A DNA stretch of 64,000 nucleotides from positions 1,120,001-1,184,000 of the forward strand of contig CBDCVR010000014.1 of the NCBI GenBank assembly GCA_965223155.1, given 5' to 3'. Numbering within the stretch: the stretch's first letter is position 1; the number at the start of each line of letters is the position of its first letter. The position numbers were made by a program, and so were the translations under genes. This document shows positions 40,675 through 52,532 of the stretch, one piece after another. Below the pieces are notes generated by a model that saw nothing but the letters and a program-made list of their open reading frames with translations, made no database searches and was not told the origin of the DNA. Source of the DNA: Candidatus Multivoradales bacterium (GTDB lineage Bacteria > Acidobacteriota > Thermoanaerobaculia > Multivoradales > JAHEKO01).

Positions 40675-42843
40675 CTAGAGATATTCCAGGCCGGCGTACT
40701 TGGCGACCAGCTTACGCTTGCCGACGCGATCAAAGTACACCGTGAGCTTGCCGGCATCCCCCTGGCCCTCGGCTTCCAGCACGACGCCGTCGCCCAGAGT
40801 CGGGTGGCGCACGCGCCGGCCGCGACCCACGGCTTGGCGAGGAGCGGCCGAGGGAGACTTGGGCCGGGACGATCCGTAGAAGGCGTAGACGCCGCGCGCC
40901 CGGTTGTCGGTAAAGAGCTCGGGGCTGTTGGTCACCCGCAGACTCTCGGCCGGCAGCTCATCGACGAAGCGGGAGGGATCCTGATCCTGATAGCGGCCCG
41001 CGATCCGGCGGCGCCGGCAAAGCGTCAGGAAAAGCCGCTCCTCGGCACGGGTCATCGCCACGTACAGAAGTCTCCGCTCCTCCTCGACCTCGTCGTCGCC
41101 GCCGAGCGCGTTGAAGTGCGGCAGCAGCCCCTCTTCCAGGCCTGCCACGATCACCGCCCGAAACTCCAGACCCTTGGCGCTGTGCATGGTCATGACCGAG
41201 ACCCCGCGATCCGGCTGCCAGGAGTCGATGTCGGCCACCAGAGAAGCATGATCCAGGAACGCCTCGAGCGGATCCGCCTCGGCCTCCGGCCTGCTCTCGA
41301 CGAACTCGTGCATGGCGGTGACGAGCTCGTTGACGTTCTCGCGCTTGGCTTGACTCTCCTGGTTTTCCTTCTTGTAGAGCGACAGATAGTCGGTCGCCTC
41401 CAGGATGCGCTCCACCAACTCGGGCAGGCTGGCGGTCTCGGCGAACGCCGTCAGCTCCTCGATCAGCTCCCGAAAAGCCGTCAAGGCCTTGGCCCCGCGC
41501 TGGGGGAAGCGCGCCGGCTCGAGGTGCTTGAGCGCTTCCCAAAGCGACGAGCCCGCCTCCGAAGCGCTCTGCTCGAGGGACACGCGGGTGGCCTTGCCGA
41601 TGCCGCGCGGCGGCTGGTTCAGAACCCGGCCCAGCGAGAAATCGTCGTGCGGGTTGCGCAGCAGACGGAGGTAAGCCACAAGATCCTTGATCTCGGCCCG
41701 CTCGTAGAAGCGCAGGCCTCCAACCAGGACGTAGGGGATTCGGCGATCCAGCAGCCGCTCTTCCAAGACTCGGGTCTGGGCGTTGGTGCGCACCAGCACC
41801 GCCATCTCGCTCCAGCGCAGATCCTCGTGCTGCTGTTCGAGGGTGTTGGCGATCCAGCGCGCCTCGTCCAGCTCGTCTCCGGCCCGGTAGAGCTCGATCG
41901 GCTCGCCATCTCCGGCCTCGGTCCAGAGCTTCTTGCCCCGCCGCCTCTGGTTGTGCCCCACGACCGCCTCGGCCGCCGACAGGATGTTCTGGGTGGACCG
42001 GTAGTTGCGCTCGAGCTTGCGCACCACCGCCCCCGGGAAGTAGCGCTCGAAGTCCAGGACGTTGTCGAGGTCGGCTCCCCGCCAGCGGTAAATCCCCTGG
42101 TCCTCGTCGCCCACCGCGGTGAGGTTGCCGGAGGCGCCGACGAGCTCGAGGACCATCCGCATCTGGGCGTGGTTCGTATCCTGAAACTCGTCGACCATGA
42201 GGTAGTGGACCCGCTCGCGGAGCCGTTTCCGGATTTCCGGGTGCTTCTCGAGCAGGCGCACCGAAAGCCGCAGCATGTCGTCGAAATCGACCGCTCCGGC
42301 GCGCTTGAGCAATCCCTGGTACGTGCGGTACGCGGCGGCGACTCGCTGGTCGAAGAAGCTCCGGGCCTCGCCTTCGAAGTCGGCCGGCCCTTGCAGACGG
42401 TTCTTGGCGGCGCCGATCGCGGCCAGCACGCTCCGTGGCGGGTACGAGGTCTCGGACAGCCCCTCCTGCTTGAGCGCCTTCTTGAGCGTCGAGATCTGGT
42501 CGTCGCGATCGAAGATGACGAAGCCCGGAGCGAGCCCCACCCGGTCTCCGTAGCGCCTGAGCAGGCCCAAAGCGAAGCGGTGGAAGGTCCCGACGAAGGT
42601 GGGAAGCGGCTGCATCTCGAGAAGACGCTCGACCCGGTCGCGCATCTCCTGGGCCGCCTTGTTGGTGAACGTGACCGCGACGATCCCGGCTGGATCGATG
42701 CCGACCTCGCGCACCAGGTGCCCGACGCGGTAGGTGATGACCCGGGTCTTGCCCGAGCCCGCTCCGGCCAAAACCAGCTGCGGACCTTCGCCGTGGCGCA
42801 CCGCCTCGAGCTGTTCGGGATTGAGATCCTGCGTGAGATCCAA
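40675..42843 (-). CDS. pcrA: ATP-dependent DNA helicase PcrA/UvrD
   Basis: LAGAGSGKT, VTFTNKAA, VDEFQDTN, VGDEDQ, LERNYRS, HSAKGLEF, EERRLLYVAMTRA, C-terminal Tudor-like domain; TTG start after glmS. Confidence 0.93.
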   Translation of the reverse strand: MDLTQDLNPEQLEAVRHGEGPQLVLAGAGSGKTRVITYRVGHLVREVGIDPAGIVAVTFTNKAAQEMRDRVERLLEMQPLPTFVGTFHRFALGLLRRYGDRVGLAPGFVIFDRDDQISTLKKALKQEGLSETSYPPRSVLAAIGAAKNRLQGPADFEGEARSFFDQRVAAAYRTYQGLLKRAGAVDFDDMLRLSVRLLEKHPEIRKRLRERVHYLMVDEFQDTNHAQMRMVLELVGASGNLTAVGDEDQGIYRWRGADLDNVLDFERYFPGAVVRKLERNYRSTQNILSAAEAVVGHNQRRRGKKLWTEAGDGEPIELYRAGDELDEARWIANTLEQQHEDLRWSEMAVLVRTNAQTRVLEERLLDRRIPYVLVGGLRFYERAEIKDLVAYLRLLRNPHDDFSLGRVLNQPPRGIGKATRVSLEQSASEAGSSLWEALKHLEPARFPQRGAKALTAFRELIEELTAFAETASLPELVERILEATDYLSLYKKENQESQAKRENVNELVTAMHEFVESRPEAEADPLEAFLDHASLVADIDSWQPDRGVSVMTMHSAKGLEFRAVIVAGLEEGLLPHFNALGGDDEVEEERRLLYVAMTRAEERLFLTLCRRRRIAGRYQDQDPSRFVDELPAESLRVTNSPELFTDNRARGVYAFYGSSRPKSPSAAPRQAVGRGRRVRHPTLGDGVVLEAEGQGDAGKLTVYFDRVGKRKLVAKYAGLEYL

Positions 42844-42848
42844 GGCGC

Positions 42849-44672
<1,824 letters not shown>

Positions 44673-44721
44673 AGGGTTCTCTCAGCTCTCCTTCTCGGAT
44701 GGTTCGGATTTGGGGAACTCA

Positions 44722-44756
44722 GGGGACTTGGGGGACTTGGGGGACTTGGGGACTTG
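44722..44756. repeat. 9-bp tandem repeat GGGGACTTG x3 plus one 8-bp unit in the glmU tail
   Basis: ggggacttg ggggacttg ggggacttg gggacttg. Confidence 0.9.
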
Positions 44757-46170
44757 GTGGATTCGGCGGCGGCATCCTCCCGCCGGGCCTGCCGCCGGCG
44801 CCAGCCGTCCACGTTGCGCTGGCGGGCGCGGCCGACGCCCAGACTGCCGTCCGGAACGTCCTGGGTGATCACCGAACCGGCTCCGGTGGAGGCTCCGTCG
44901 CCGACCCGCACCGGCGCCACCAGCATGGTGTCGCTGCCGATGAAGGCCTCCTCTCCGATCTCGGTTCGGTGCTTGTCCTTGCCGTCGTAGTTGCAGGTGA
45001 CCGTGCCCGCCCCGATGTTGGCGCCGCTGCCCACGACCGCGTCGCCCAGGTAGGCGAGGTGCCCCGCTTTGACCCCCGGCGCAAGCCGGGAGTTCTTGAT
45101 CTCGACGAAGTTGCCAATCTTCGAGTCGGCTCCGACCACCGTACCCGGCCGCAGGCGCGCGAACGGTCCCACCTTGGCCCGGCTCTCGACGGTCGCGCCT
45201 TCGAGCACGCTCACCGGTCCGATGACGACCTCGTCGCCCAGACTCGAGTCCCTGAGCCAGGCGCCCGACTCGATCGTGGCCCGCTCTCCGACCGTGGTCC
45301 GCCCCAGAAGCGACACGCCCTCGTGCACCACGGAGTCACGACCGATCTGGACCTCGGCTTCGACTACCGTGCGCTCCGGATCCAAGATCGTGACGCCACG
45401 TTCCATGAGCTCGGCGCAGCGCCGGTTCGACAGGATGCGGTGAGCGCGCGCCAGGTCCGCCCGATCGTTCACGCCCCAGGCCTCGCTCTCATCGGCGAGG
45501 TCGAACAAGGCGACCGGCACGCCGTCGGCAGCGGCACTCGAGAACGCATCCGTCAGATAGAGCTCTCCCTGAGCGTTGGCGGTGACCAGACCGTCCAGGT
45601 AGGCGGCGATCTCGTCCTTCGGCGCCACGTAGACGCCGGCGTTGATGGTCGAAAGCGCAAGCTCCTCTTCGCTCGCGTCCCGGGCTTCGACGATGCCGAG
45701 AAGCTTGCCGCCGGCGCCTCGCTTGACCCGGCCGAGCCCGCCGGGCTCGGCCACGTCGGCGACGGTCACCGCCCAGCCGGCGCCGGCTCTCTCGAGCAGC
45801 GCCTCGAGCGTCGCGGCACGGATCGCCGGTACGTCTCCGGAGAGGATAAGCAGCCGAGCGGGGCCTTCGATCGCGGCGACCGCCTGCTGCAAGGCGTGTC
45901 CGGTGCCCAGTTGCTCGGCCTGCTCGACCCAGAGGATTCCGCTTTCGCCCCCGCCTTCGACAAACGCGGCCCGGACGGCGTCGGCCTGGTGTCCGACGAC
46001 GACGGCGCAACGATCGCAGCCCGCCTTGCCGGCCGCATCCAGAACCCAGCCCAGAAGCGGCCGCCCCGCTGCTTCGTGCAGGACCTTGGCCCGGTCCGAG
46101 CGCATCCGGGTTCCCTTCCCGGCTGCCAGGACGACCGCGATCGTGGGTTGTTCCATTGCGGTTCGCTTTC

Positions 46171-47205
46171 TCAGGAGTCGTCGCGCGCCAGCGGCCCGTT
46201 CCGCCGCACCTCGGCTACTTGAGCCACCTGACATATCTGACCTGCCAGAGCCAGGACCGCTTCGCGCAGCTTCGCCGGATCATGCCGGATGAGCTCACCC
46301 TCCGCAACCAGGTCGGCACGAACCAGGGCCGGCCCCGGGCGATCGGCGAAGGCTTCGGGCTCGACGGTGACAGGAATGGCTCCGACCTCCGCATAGCGAG
46401 CCAGGAGCGCGTCGTCGAAGCGTCCGTCGTGGGCCAGGACACAGTCAACGAGGCCGGTTCCGGCGTAGCGCTCGAGGGCGCCGAGGTGCTCTGCCGCGTC
46501 CAGCCCGTCGGTCTCACCCGGCTGGGTCATCAGATTGAGCACCAGCAGCACCCGAGCCGGACTCTCCCGTACCGCCCGGAAGATCCCGGGGATCAGCAGA
46601 TTGGGCAGGATCGAGGTGTAGAGCGAGCCCGGTCCGAGCAGCACCAGGTCCGCCTCCCGAAGGGCCTCGACCGCGGGCGGAAAGGCCGGGGGACCCGCCG
46701 GCACGAGCTCCACCTGGGAAAGAGGCTCGCCCGCGGCCCCGATCGCGGACTCGCCTTCATAGTCCGCTCCCGAAGCTCCGGTGCCACGCAGGCGCACGTC
46801 GCTCACGGTCGCCGGCAGGATCCTCCCGCGCACCGCCAGAATCGACTCGGCGGTCAGGATCGCTTGATGGAAATCACCGGTGATTCCGGTCAGTGCGGTC
46901 AGAAAGAGATTGCCGAACGAGTGCCCGGCGAGCCCCGTGCCACCGGCGAATCGATACTGGAAGAGCCTGGCCACCAGGGCCTCGTCGTCCGCCAGGGCCA
47001 CCAGGCAGTTGCGAATGTCACCCGGTGCCGGCACGCCGAACTCGGCGCGTAGCCGCCCCGAGGAGCCGCCGTCGTCGGCCACGGTCACGATGCCGGCGAG
47101 ATCGCCGATCCGGTCACCGACCGCCGGCTTGAGTGCCCGCAAGAGGACGGCGAGACCGCTGCCGCCGCCGACCGCGACGACGTTGGGAAGCTTGCTCGAA
47201 GCCAT
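46171..47205 (-). CDS. yvcK: YvcK/GlmR (UPF0052/CofD-like) UDP-GlcNAc-binding protein
   Basis: VVAVGGGSGL, VTVADDGGSSGRLR, PGDIRNC, GHSFGNL, GPGSLYTSILPNL, NLMTQPGET, RHDP. Confidence 0.9.
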   Translation of the reverse strand: MASSKLPNVVAVGGGSGLAVLLRALKPAVGDRIGDLAGIVTVADDGGSSGRLRAEFGVPAPGDIRNCLVALADDEALVARLFQYRFAGGTGLAGHSFGNLFLTALTGITGDFHQAILTAESILAVRGRILPATVSDVRLRGTGASGADYEGESAIGAAGEPLSQVELVPAGPPAFPPAVEALREADLVLLGPGSLYTSILPNLLIPGIFRAVRESPARVLLVLNLMTQPGETDGLDAAEHLGALERYAGTGLVDCVLAHDGRFDDALLARYAEVGAIPVTVEPEAFADRPGPALVRADLVAEGELIRHDPAKLREAVLALAGQICQVAQVAEVRRNGPLARDDS

Positions 47206-47277
47206 CGTTCCGGAACGTCCTAGCCGCCCGCCGGCAGCGCGCTTCCCGTGCTTCGACCTTCGGCGGCGGCCGCCAGG

Positions 47278-47913
47278 CTAGTCGCTGGTGAAGAGCTCCG
47301 CAAAGCTCGGATCGCGGCGCAGCTCCGCAAAATCCTCGTCGTGAATCGCCGCAACGCGATTCCGGGGGTTCAACTCGATCGCGCGCCCCAGGAGCTCGGC
47401 GGCCTTGCCCGCCTCGTCCTTGAGCGCGTACACGGACGCCGCCAGGTAGGCGAACCGCTCGTCCTTGCCCTGCCGCCCCCCGCGGGCGCACAGGTCCAGG
47501 ACTTGGTCGAGCTCGCCCAGATTCCTCAAGTACACGGCTTCCAGATAGGGATCGCCGGCGGCCTGCTTCCGCTCACCAGCAAGCCGCTCCTCGCAGATGT
47601 CGAGGTACCGGCGAGCGCTCTGTCCCAGCTCGGTCAGATCGGTAGCGTCCACGATCTCGCGCAGCAAGCCGGCGGCATCCTTCCACTTGCTCTGGTGCAT
47701 CTTGCGGATCGCCTGCTCGAACTTCTTCACGTAGGCGTCGTGGGCAAGCGCCGCCGCGCCGCCCATGTCCCGGGCCGCCAGCCCGAGCTCGCCCAGCTTG
47801 GCTTCGACTGTTTCCTCGTCGGTCTTGAACCGTTCGGCCAGCTCCTTCAGCAGCCGCTTGTGGGCGTATCTCTTGAGATACGTTTCCTCGTCCTTCTTCC
47901 AGCGCTTCGCCAT
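47278..47913 (-). CDS. Hypothetical protein: N-terminal HTH/Myb-like segment plus C-terminal TPRs
   Basis: RWKKDEETYLKRY...ELAERF; AYLAASVYAL...LGRAIELNPRN...DEDF; starts 2 bp after the mglA stop. Confidence 0.7.
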   Translation of the reverse strand: MAKRWKKDEETYLKRYAHKRLLKELAERFKTDEETVEAKLGELGLAARDMGGAAALAHDAYVKKFEQAIRKMHQSKWKDAAGLLREIVDATDLTELGQSARRYLDICEERLAGERKQAAGDPYLEAVYLRNLGELDQVLDLCARGGRQGKDERFAYLAASVYALKDEAGKAAELLGRAIELNPRNRVAAIHDEDFAELRRDPSFAELFTSD

Positions 47914-47915
47914 AT

Positions 47916-48500
47916 CTATCGTTTCCTCAGCTCAACCAGAATCTGCTTGGCGACCGATTTCAAAGTGTCGAAGACCCCAACTCCCTTCAACGCCACCGCC
48001 TCGAACGTGGGTTCGCGTTTGTAGTTGAGCATGCGGTACATCTCGTCCACGGGCATGGCGTTCGGCAAGTCGCGCTTGTTGAACTGAAGGGCCATGGGCA
48101 GCTCCTTCAACTCGAAGCCGTGGTCGCGCAGGTTGCTCTCCAGGTTGCGAATCGACTCGACGTTGGCCTCCATCCGCTCGCGCTGACTGTCGGCCACGAA
48201 AACCACCCCGTCCACCCCCTTCAAGATCAGCTTCCGGCTGGCGTCGTAGAACACCTGCCCGGGCACCGTGTAGAGATGAAACCGAGTCGTGAATCCCCGG
48301 ATCGAGCCCAAGTCGAGCGGCAGGAAGTCGAAGAACAGAGTCCGATCCGCTTCGGTCGCGAGCGAGATCATCTTCCCCTTCCGGTCCGGAGCGGTCTTGT
48401 TGTAGATGTACTGCAAGTTGGTCGTCTTGCCCCCGAGACCGGGGCCGTAATAGACGATCTTGCAGTTGATCTCCTTGGCTGCGTAGTTGATAAACGTCAT
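47916..48500 (-). CDS. mglA: Small GTPase MglA
   Basis: [49 protein letters not shown]. Confidence 0.95.
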   Translation of the reverse strand: MTFINYAAKEINCKIVYYGPGLGGKTTNLQYIYNKTAPDRKGKMISLATEADRTLFFDFLPLDLGSIRGFTTRFHLYTVPGQVFYDASRKLILKGVDGVVFVADSQRERMEANVESIRNLESNLRDHGFELKELPMALQFNKRDLPNAMPVDEMYRMLNYKREPTFEAVALKGVGVFDTLKSVAKQILVELRKR

Positions 48501-48535
48501 GTGGGGCGCCGCTGCCTGGGTCTACTCGCTGGGAT

Positions 48536-49012
48536 CTACTCGCTGAAGAGGGCGTCGATGTCTTCGTCCGTAATCTCCGAGAACGGACTCGGCTCGGCGG
48601 CGCCGGCCTCAGGCTCGCTCTGAGCGGTCATGTCGTCAAAGACCTTCTCCAGCTCCACGCTGGCCCGCTTGACCCGCAGCCGCACCAGCCCGAGCGACGA
48701 GCGCTCGTCGAAGATCACCAGCAGGATGGCCCGACGGGCAACGATCGAGATATGGATGTGATCCCGCTGGCCTTCGTGGAACAGCACCGAGAACTCGCGC
48801 TCGCCAATGAGCTTGGCGAGGCCATCGGTCGCGGCCACGTTACCGGCGGTAAGCGACGCTAGCGACGTCGAGTCGAAGTCATCGGTGGCACCGGCGGCCG
48901 CGATGTGCTGACCGTTCTTGTCGATGAGAAAGACGGCCTTGGCGTTCGCGTCCTGGCGCAATCGGCGCAGGGCATCCTCAAGGCGCCGAAACTCGGTTTC
49001 AAAAACTTCCAT
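48536..49012 (-). CDS. mglB: Roadblock/LC7 GTPase-activating protein MglB
   Basis: DKNGQ, LASLTAGNVAAT.GLAKLIGE.EF, SSLGLVRLRVK, acidic C-terminal helix FSEITDEDIDALFSE. Confidence 0.93.
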   Translation of the reverse strand: MEVFETEFRRLEDALRRLRQDANAKAVFLIDKNGQHIAAAGATDDFDSTSLASLTAGNVAATDGLAKLIGEREFSVLFHEGQRDHIHISIVARRAILLVIFDERSSLGLVRLRVKRASVELEKVFDDMTAQSEPEAGAAEPSPFSEITDEDIDALFSE

Positions 49013-49168
49013 GGACCAGAAACTCCTGCTGACTCGGCTCCGATTGGCGCCAAAAGGGCCCCGCGAAGCCGCGTGAAACTATCACACAGAGCACCGATTT
49101 CCACAATGAAGGCAGGCACTTAGGCCGGAGACGTGGTAGCGTACGGAGCTTAAGAATATCGAAACGAA

Positions 49169-50809
49169 ATGAAATCCCTGAGGCCACCCCGCTCCACCGC
49201 AGCCCGCGATCGAGCACTTGAGCGCTTGGGCAGCGAGACTTGGGATCTCCTGGTCATCGGCGGCGGGATTACCGGCTGCGCCGTGGCCCGGGACGCGGCG
49301 CTCCGGGGCGTCAGGACCGCGGTCGTCGAACAGGGAGACTTCGCCTTCGGCACTTCGAGCCGATCCTCGCGGCTGGTCCACGGCGGCCTGCGCTACCTGG
49401 CCATGTTCGACTTCGGCCTGGTGCGGGAAGGTCTGGTCGAGCGCAAGCGATTGCTGGACCTCGTCCCCGGGCTGGTGCGGCCGGTTCGCTTCCTGTACCC
49501 GGTCTACCGGGGCGACCCCGACCGTTTGTGGAAAGTGCACCTCGGCGTGCGCCTCTACGACGCCCTATCGCTCGGCTACGACCTGGGCGGCACCAAGCGG
49601 ATGAGCCGGCGCCAGCTCCTGGCGTCGATGCCGGGCCTGCGCCGCGACGGGCTCAAGGGCGCGGTCTCGTACTTCGATGCCGCCACCCACGACACCCGCC
49701 TGACCCTGGCCGTGGCCAAATCGGCCGAGGCGGCCGGCGCCGTACTGGTGTCGCGATGCCGAGCCAGCGAGCTTCTGCGCGAGGGCGATCGAGTCGCCGG
49801 CGCCCAGGGCCAAGACCGCCTTGGGCCCGCCCGGCCGGCGATCCGCGCCAAGGCGACCGTCCTGTGCTGCGGTCCATGGCAGAACCTTTACCCGCCGGCG
49901 AGTGTCAGCCTGCGCACGGCCCGAGGCACCCACGTCTCGATCAAGAGCCGGCGCATTCCACTCGAGGGCTACACGGCGCTGCGTTCACCCAGGGACGGAC
50001 GCCTGGCCTTCGCCATGCCGATCGGCGAGTACGTTGTCTTCGGCACCACCGACACCGACGATCGCACCGAGCCCGGACTGGTGCGGCCCAGCCCCGATGA
50101 CACCGACTACCTCCTGGAGCTCGCCAACCACGCGTTCCCACCGGTGGACGTCACCCGCGAGGACGTGACCGGAGCCTGGGCGGGACTGCGCCCCTTGCTC
50201 GCCGAAGGCGACGCTCCGGACGCCGACGCGCTGTCGCGCCGGCACCAGGTCGTCGCCGGTCCCGCCGGCCTCTGGATCCTGACCGGCGGCAAGCTCACCA
50301 CGCACCGGCGCATGGCCGAGGATCTGGTGGACACCGTGGCGCCGTTTCTCGAGTCCGCCGACGTTGCCGTCGGCGAGTGCCGGACCGCCAGCGAACGGTT
50401 CTTCCCGGGCTCGCTCGCCGTCGGCGAAAAGCGGCTCCGCGCCCTGGGCGCGGACGAGAACGCCATCGACTCGATCGCGGGACTCTACGGTCCGCGCATC
50501 GAGGACATCGCGGCCCGGCTCGAAGCCCTGGGTGCCGCCGAACCCGGGGCCGCTCTGCGCCGGGCCCAGATCGAGACTGCAGTCGAAGAGGAGTGGGCGC
50601 TCGGGCTCGACGACCTGCTCCTGCGCCGCCTCGAGCCCGGACCTCTGGATCTCAAACAGTGCTGGCAGGAAGCACCGGCGGCGGCGCACCGCCTGGGCAC
50701 GCTCCTGGATTGGTCCGAAGACGAGATCGCGACTCAGACCGCCGAGTTCCGGAGCGAGATCGAGACCGATCTCGGCGCCGCCGGCGTCGCCCCCCCCAAG
50801 ACCGGATAG
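49169..50809 (+). CDS. glpD: FAD-dependent glycerol-3-phosphate dehydrogenase/oxidase
   Basis: IGGGITG, DFAFGTSSRSSRLVHGGLRYL, GTTD, WAGLRPL, GGKLTTHRRMAE. Confidence 0.9.
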   Translation: MKSLRPPRSTAARDRALERLGSETWDLLVIGGGITGCAVARDAALRGVRTAVVEQGDFAFGTSSRSSRLVHGGLRYLAMFDFGLVREGLVERKRLLDLVPGLVRPVRFLYPVYRGDPDRLWKVHLGVRLYDALSLGYDLGGTKRMSRRQLLASMPGLRRDGLKGAVSYFDAATHDTRLTLAVAKSAEAAGAVLVSRCRASELLREGDRVAGAQGQDRLGPARPAIRAKATVLCCGPWQNLYPPASVSLRTARGTHVSIKSRRIPLEGYTALRSPRDGRLAFAMPIGEYVVFGTTDTDDRTEPGLVRPSPDDTDYLLELANHAFPPVDVTREDVTGAWAGLRPLLAEGDAPDADALSRRHQVVAGPAGLWILTGGKLTTHRRMAEDLVDTVAPFLESADVAVGECRTASERFFPGSLAVGEKRLRALGADENAIDSIAGLYGPRIEDIAARLEALGAAEPGAALRRAQIETAVEEEWALGLDDLLLRRLEPGPLDLKQCWQEAPAAAHRLGTLLDWSEDEIATQTAEFRSEIETDLGAAGVAPPKTG

Positions 50810-50848
50810 CGCCGGGAGGCGCGCCGGACCGGGGGTACGAACTTCGAG

Positions 50849-51655
50849 CTAGCTCGCCGCGCGCTTGCGCTTGGCGCCCGAGCTCCGCCGCTTGCGCGAA
50901 CGTCCGCCCTTGAGACCGGTCACCACGTAGGTGCCGGAGCGGGCATCGGTCGTGATGCTCACCAGACCCTGCTTTTCGGCGTCCTCGAGCAGCTCCGAGA
51001 AGGTCGAATAGCCGTAGTAGCTCTCGTTGAAGGACGGTTGCTTCCTCTGCATGGTCTGCTTCACCAGCGATCCCCACAGAATGTCCTTGTTCTCGCGCTG
51101 CAGCGCTTTGATCGAGTCCACCATCAGGGTGAAGGCCTCGGCGTTCTTCTTCGAAACACCCGCCGCCAGCTCCGGCGCCTTCCTCGAATCCCGCCACACG
51201 TCCTCGTAGAAGATGAACTCGTCGCAGTTGTCGATGAGGAGGTTCGACGAGGAGTTCTTGACCCCGATGCCGATGACCACCTTGTTGTTTTCCTTGAGCT
51301 TCGTCACCAGCGGCGTGAAATCGCTGTCGCCGGACATGACGACGAAGGTATCCAGATGCTCCTTGGTGTAGGACATCTCCATGGCATCCACCGCCATCTT
51401 GATGTCGGCCGAGTTCTTGCCGGAATACCTTCGCTGAGGGATGTCGATGAGCTCGATTCCCGCCTCGTGGCACTCGCGCTTGAAGTCGCTATAGCGCTCC
51501 CAGTCGGCGTAGGCCTTCTTGACGATGATCTTGCCCTTCTCGACCAGGCGCTTCAGCACCAGGTTGATGTCGAATTTCTTGATGTCCGAATCGCGCACAC
51601 CTAGCGCGATGTTTTCCAGATCGCAGAACAAGGCGATCTTCTGTTCGTCATTCAC
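50849..51655 (-). CDS. NYN (PIN-like) domain protein with C-terminal OST-HTH/LOTUS domain
   Basis: ALFCDLEN, KAYADW, GKNSADI.MAVD, SGDSDF, CDEFIFY; PSFNESYYGYSTFSELL. Confidence 0.9.
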   Translation of the reverse strand: MNDEQKIALFCDLENIALGVRDSDIKKFDINLVLKRLVEKGKIIVKKAYADWERYSDFKRECHEAGIELIDIPQRRYSGKNSADIKMAVDAMEMSYTKEHLDTFVVMSGDSDFTPLVTKLKENNKVVIGIGVKNSSSNLLIDNCDEFIFYEDVWRDSRKAPELAAGVSKKNAEAFTLMVDSIKALQRENKDILWGSLVKQTMQRKQPSFNESYYGYSTFSELLEDAEKQGLVSITTDARSGTYVVTGLKGGRSRKRRSSGAKRKRAAS

Positions 51656-51820
51656 GTTACAGTCTCTTTCTACGGCTCAAGCGGCGCAGTTCACGAGTTG
51701 ATGCGGTCTGCGGCGGCCGTCTGGATGGATGATACGGGCGGTCCCTACGCCCGAGCTTAGAATCATAACACCCGCCGGCCGGCGACCCACGCCACCGGAG
51801 ACACCCTCCGTACGACCCTC

Positions 51821-52480
51821 ATGACACCGACCGATCCGAGCTCGACGTCGCAAGGCCATCGCGTCGCTCTGCTGGTGACCGGCGCTTCGGGCATGCGCCT
51901 GCCCCAAGCGGTCCTGGCGGCCCTCGCAGGCCGCGGCGACGTCACTGCCATCCATCTCGTCGTTTCGGCCGGAGCGAGCCAGGTGCTGCGCCACGAGCTG
52001 GGCCGGAAGCGGACCGGGGCCGCCGACTTGATCCAGGCCGCCGGCATTCAAGAAGCCGATCGCGCCCGGATCCAGGTGCATCGGGACTCCGAGCTGGGCG
52101 CACCGATCGCCTCGGGCTCGTACCGCCTGACCGGCGCCGCCGTCGTGCCGGCAAGCTCGGCAACGCTCGGGGCCCTCGCCACCGGCACCGCGCGCACACT
52201 CATTCATCGTGCCGGCGCGGTCGCTCTCAAGGAGCGCTGGCCGCTCGTCTTGGGCTTTCGCGAAACCCCGCTCTCGCTCGTCCACCTCGAGAACCTACGC
52301 CGGCTGGCACTGGCCGGAGCCGTGATCCTGCCACCGATTCCCGCCTTCTACATCGGCGATCCCGACCGCGCCGAGCAGTCCCTAGAACGCTTCGCGGCGC
52401 ACTATGCGATGCGCGTCCTAGACGCCCTCGGCCTGCCTCCCGATTCGCACTCCGAGCTGCGCTGGGCGGGCGAAAACTGA
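51821..52480 (+). CDS. ubiX: Flavin prenyltransferase UbiX
   Basis: VTGASG, APIASGS, LIHRAG.VALKER.PLVL..RETPL, P.PAFY. Confidence 0.88.
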   Translation: MTPTDPSSTSQGHRVALLVTGASGMRLPQAVLAALAGRGDVTAIHLVVSAGASQVLRHELGRKRTGAADLIQAAGIQEADRARIQVHRDSELGAPIASGSYRLTGAAVVPASSATLGALATGTARTLIHRAGAVALKERWPLVLGFRETPLSLVHLENLRRLALAGAVILPPIPAFYIGDPDRAEQSLERFAAHYAMRVLDALGLPPDSHSELRWAGEN

Positions 52481-52532
52481 CCGATTTTCGCTTGCTATAC
52501 TTTCGCTCCCCGGTGGAGCCGGGGCTCGATCC

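Noticed and set aside
44673-44760. glmS ribozyme upstream of glmS
   Set aside because: glmU ends immediately upstream, leaving no room, and no ribozyme core is recognisable.
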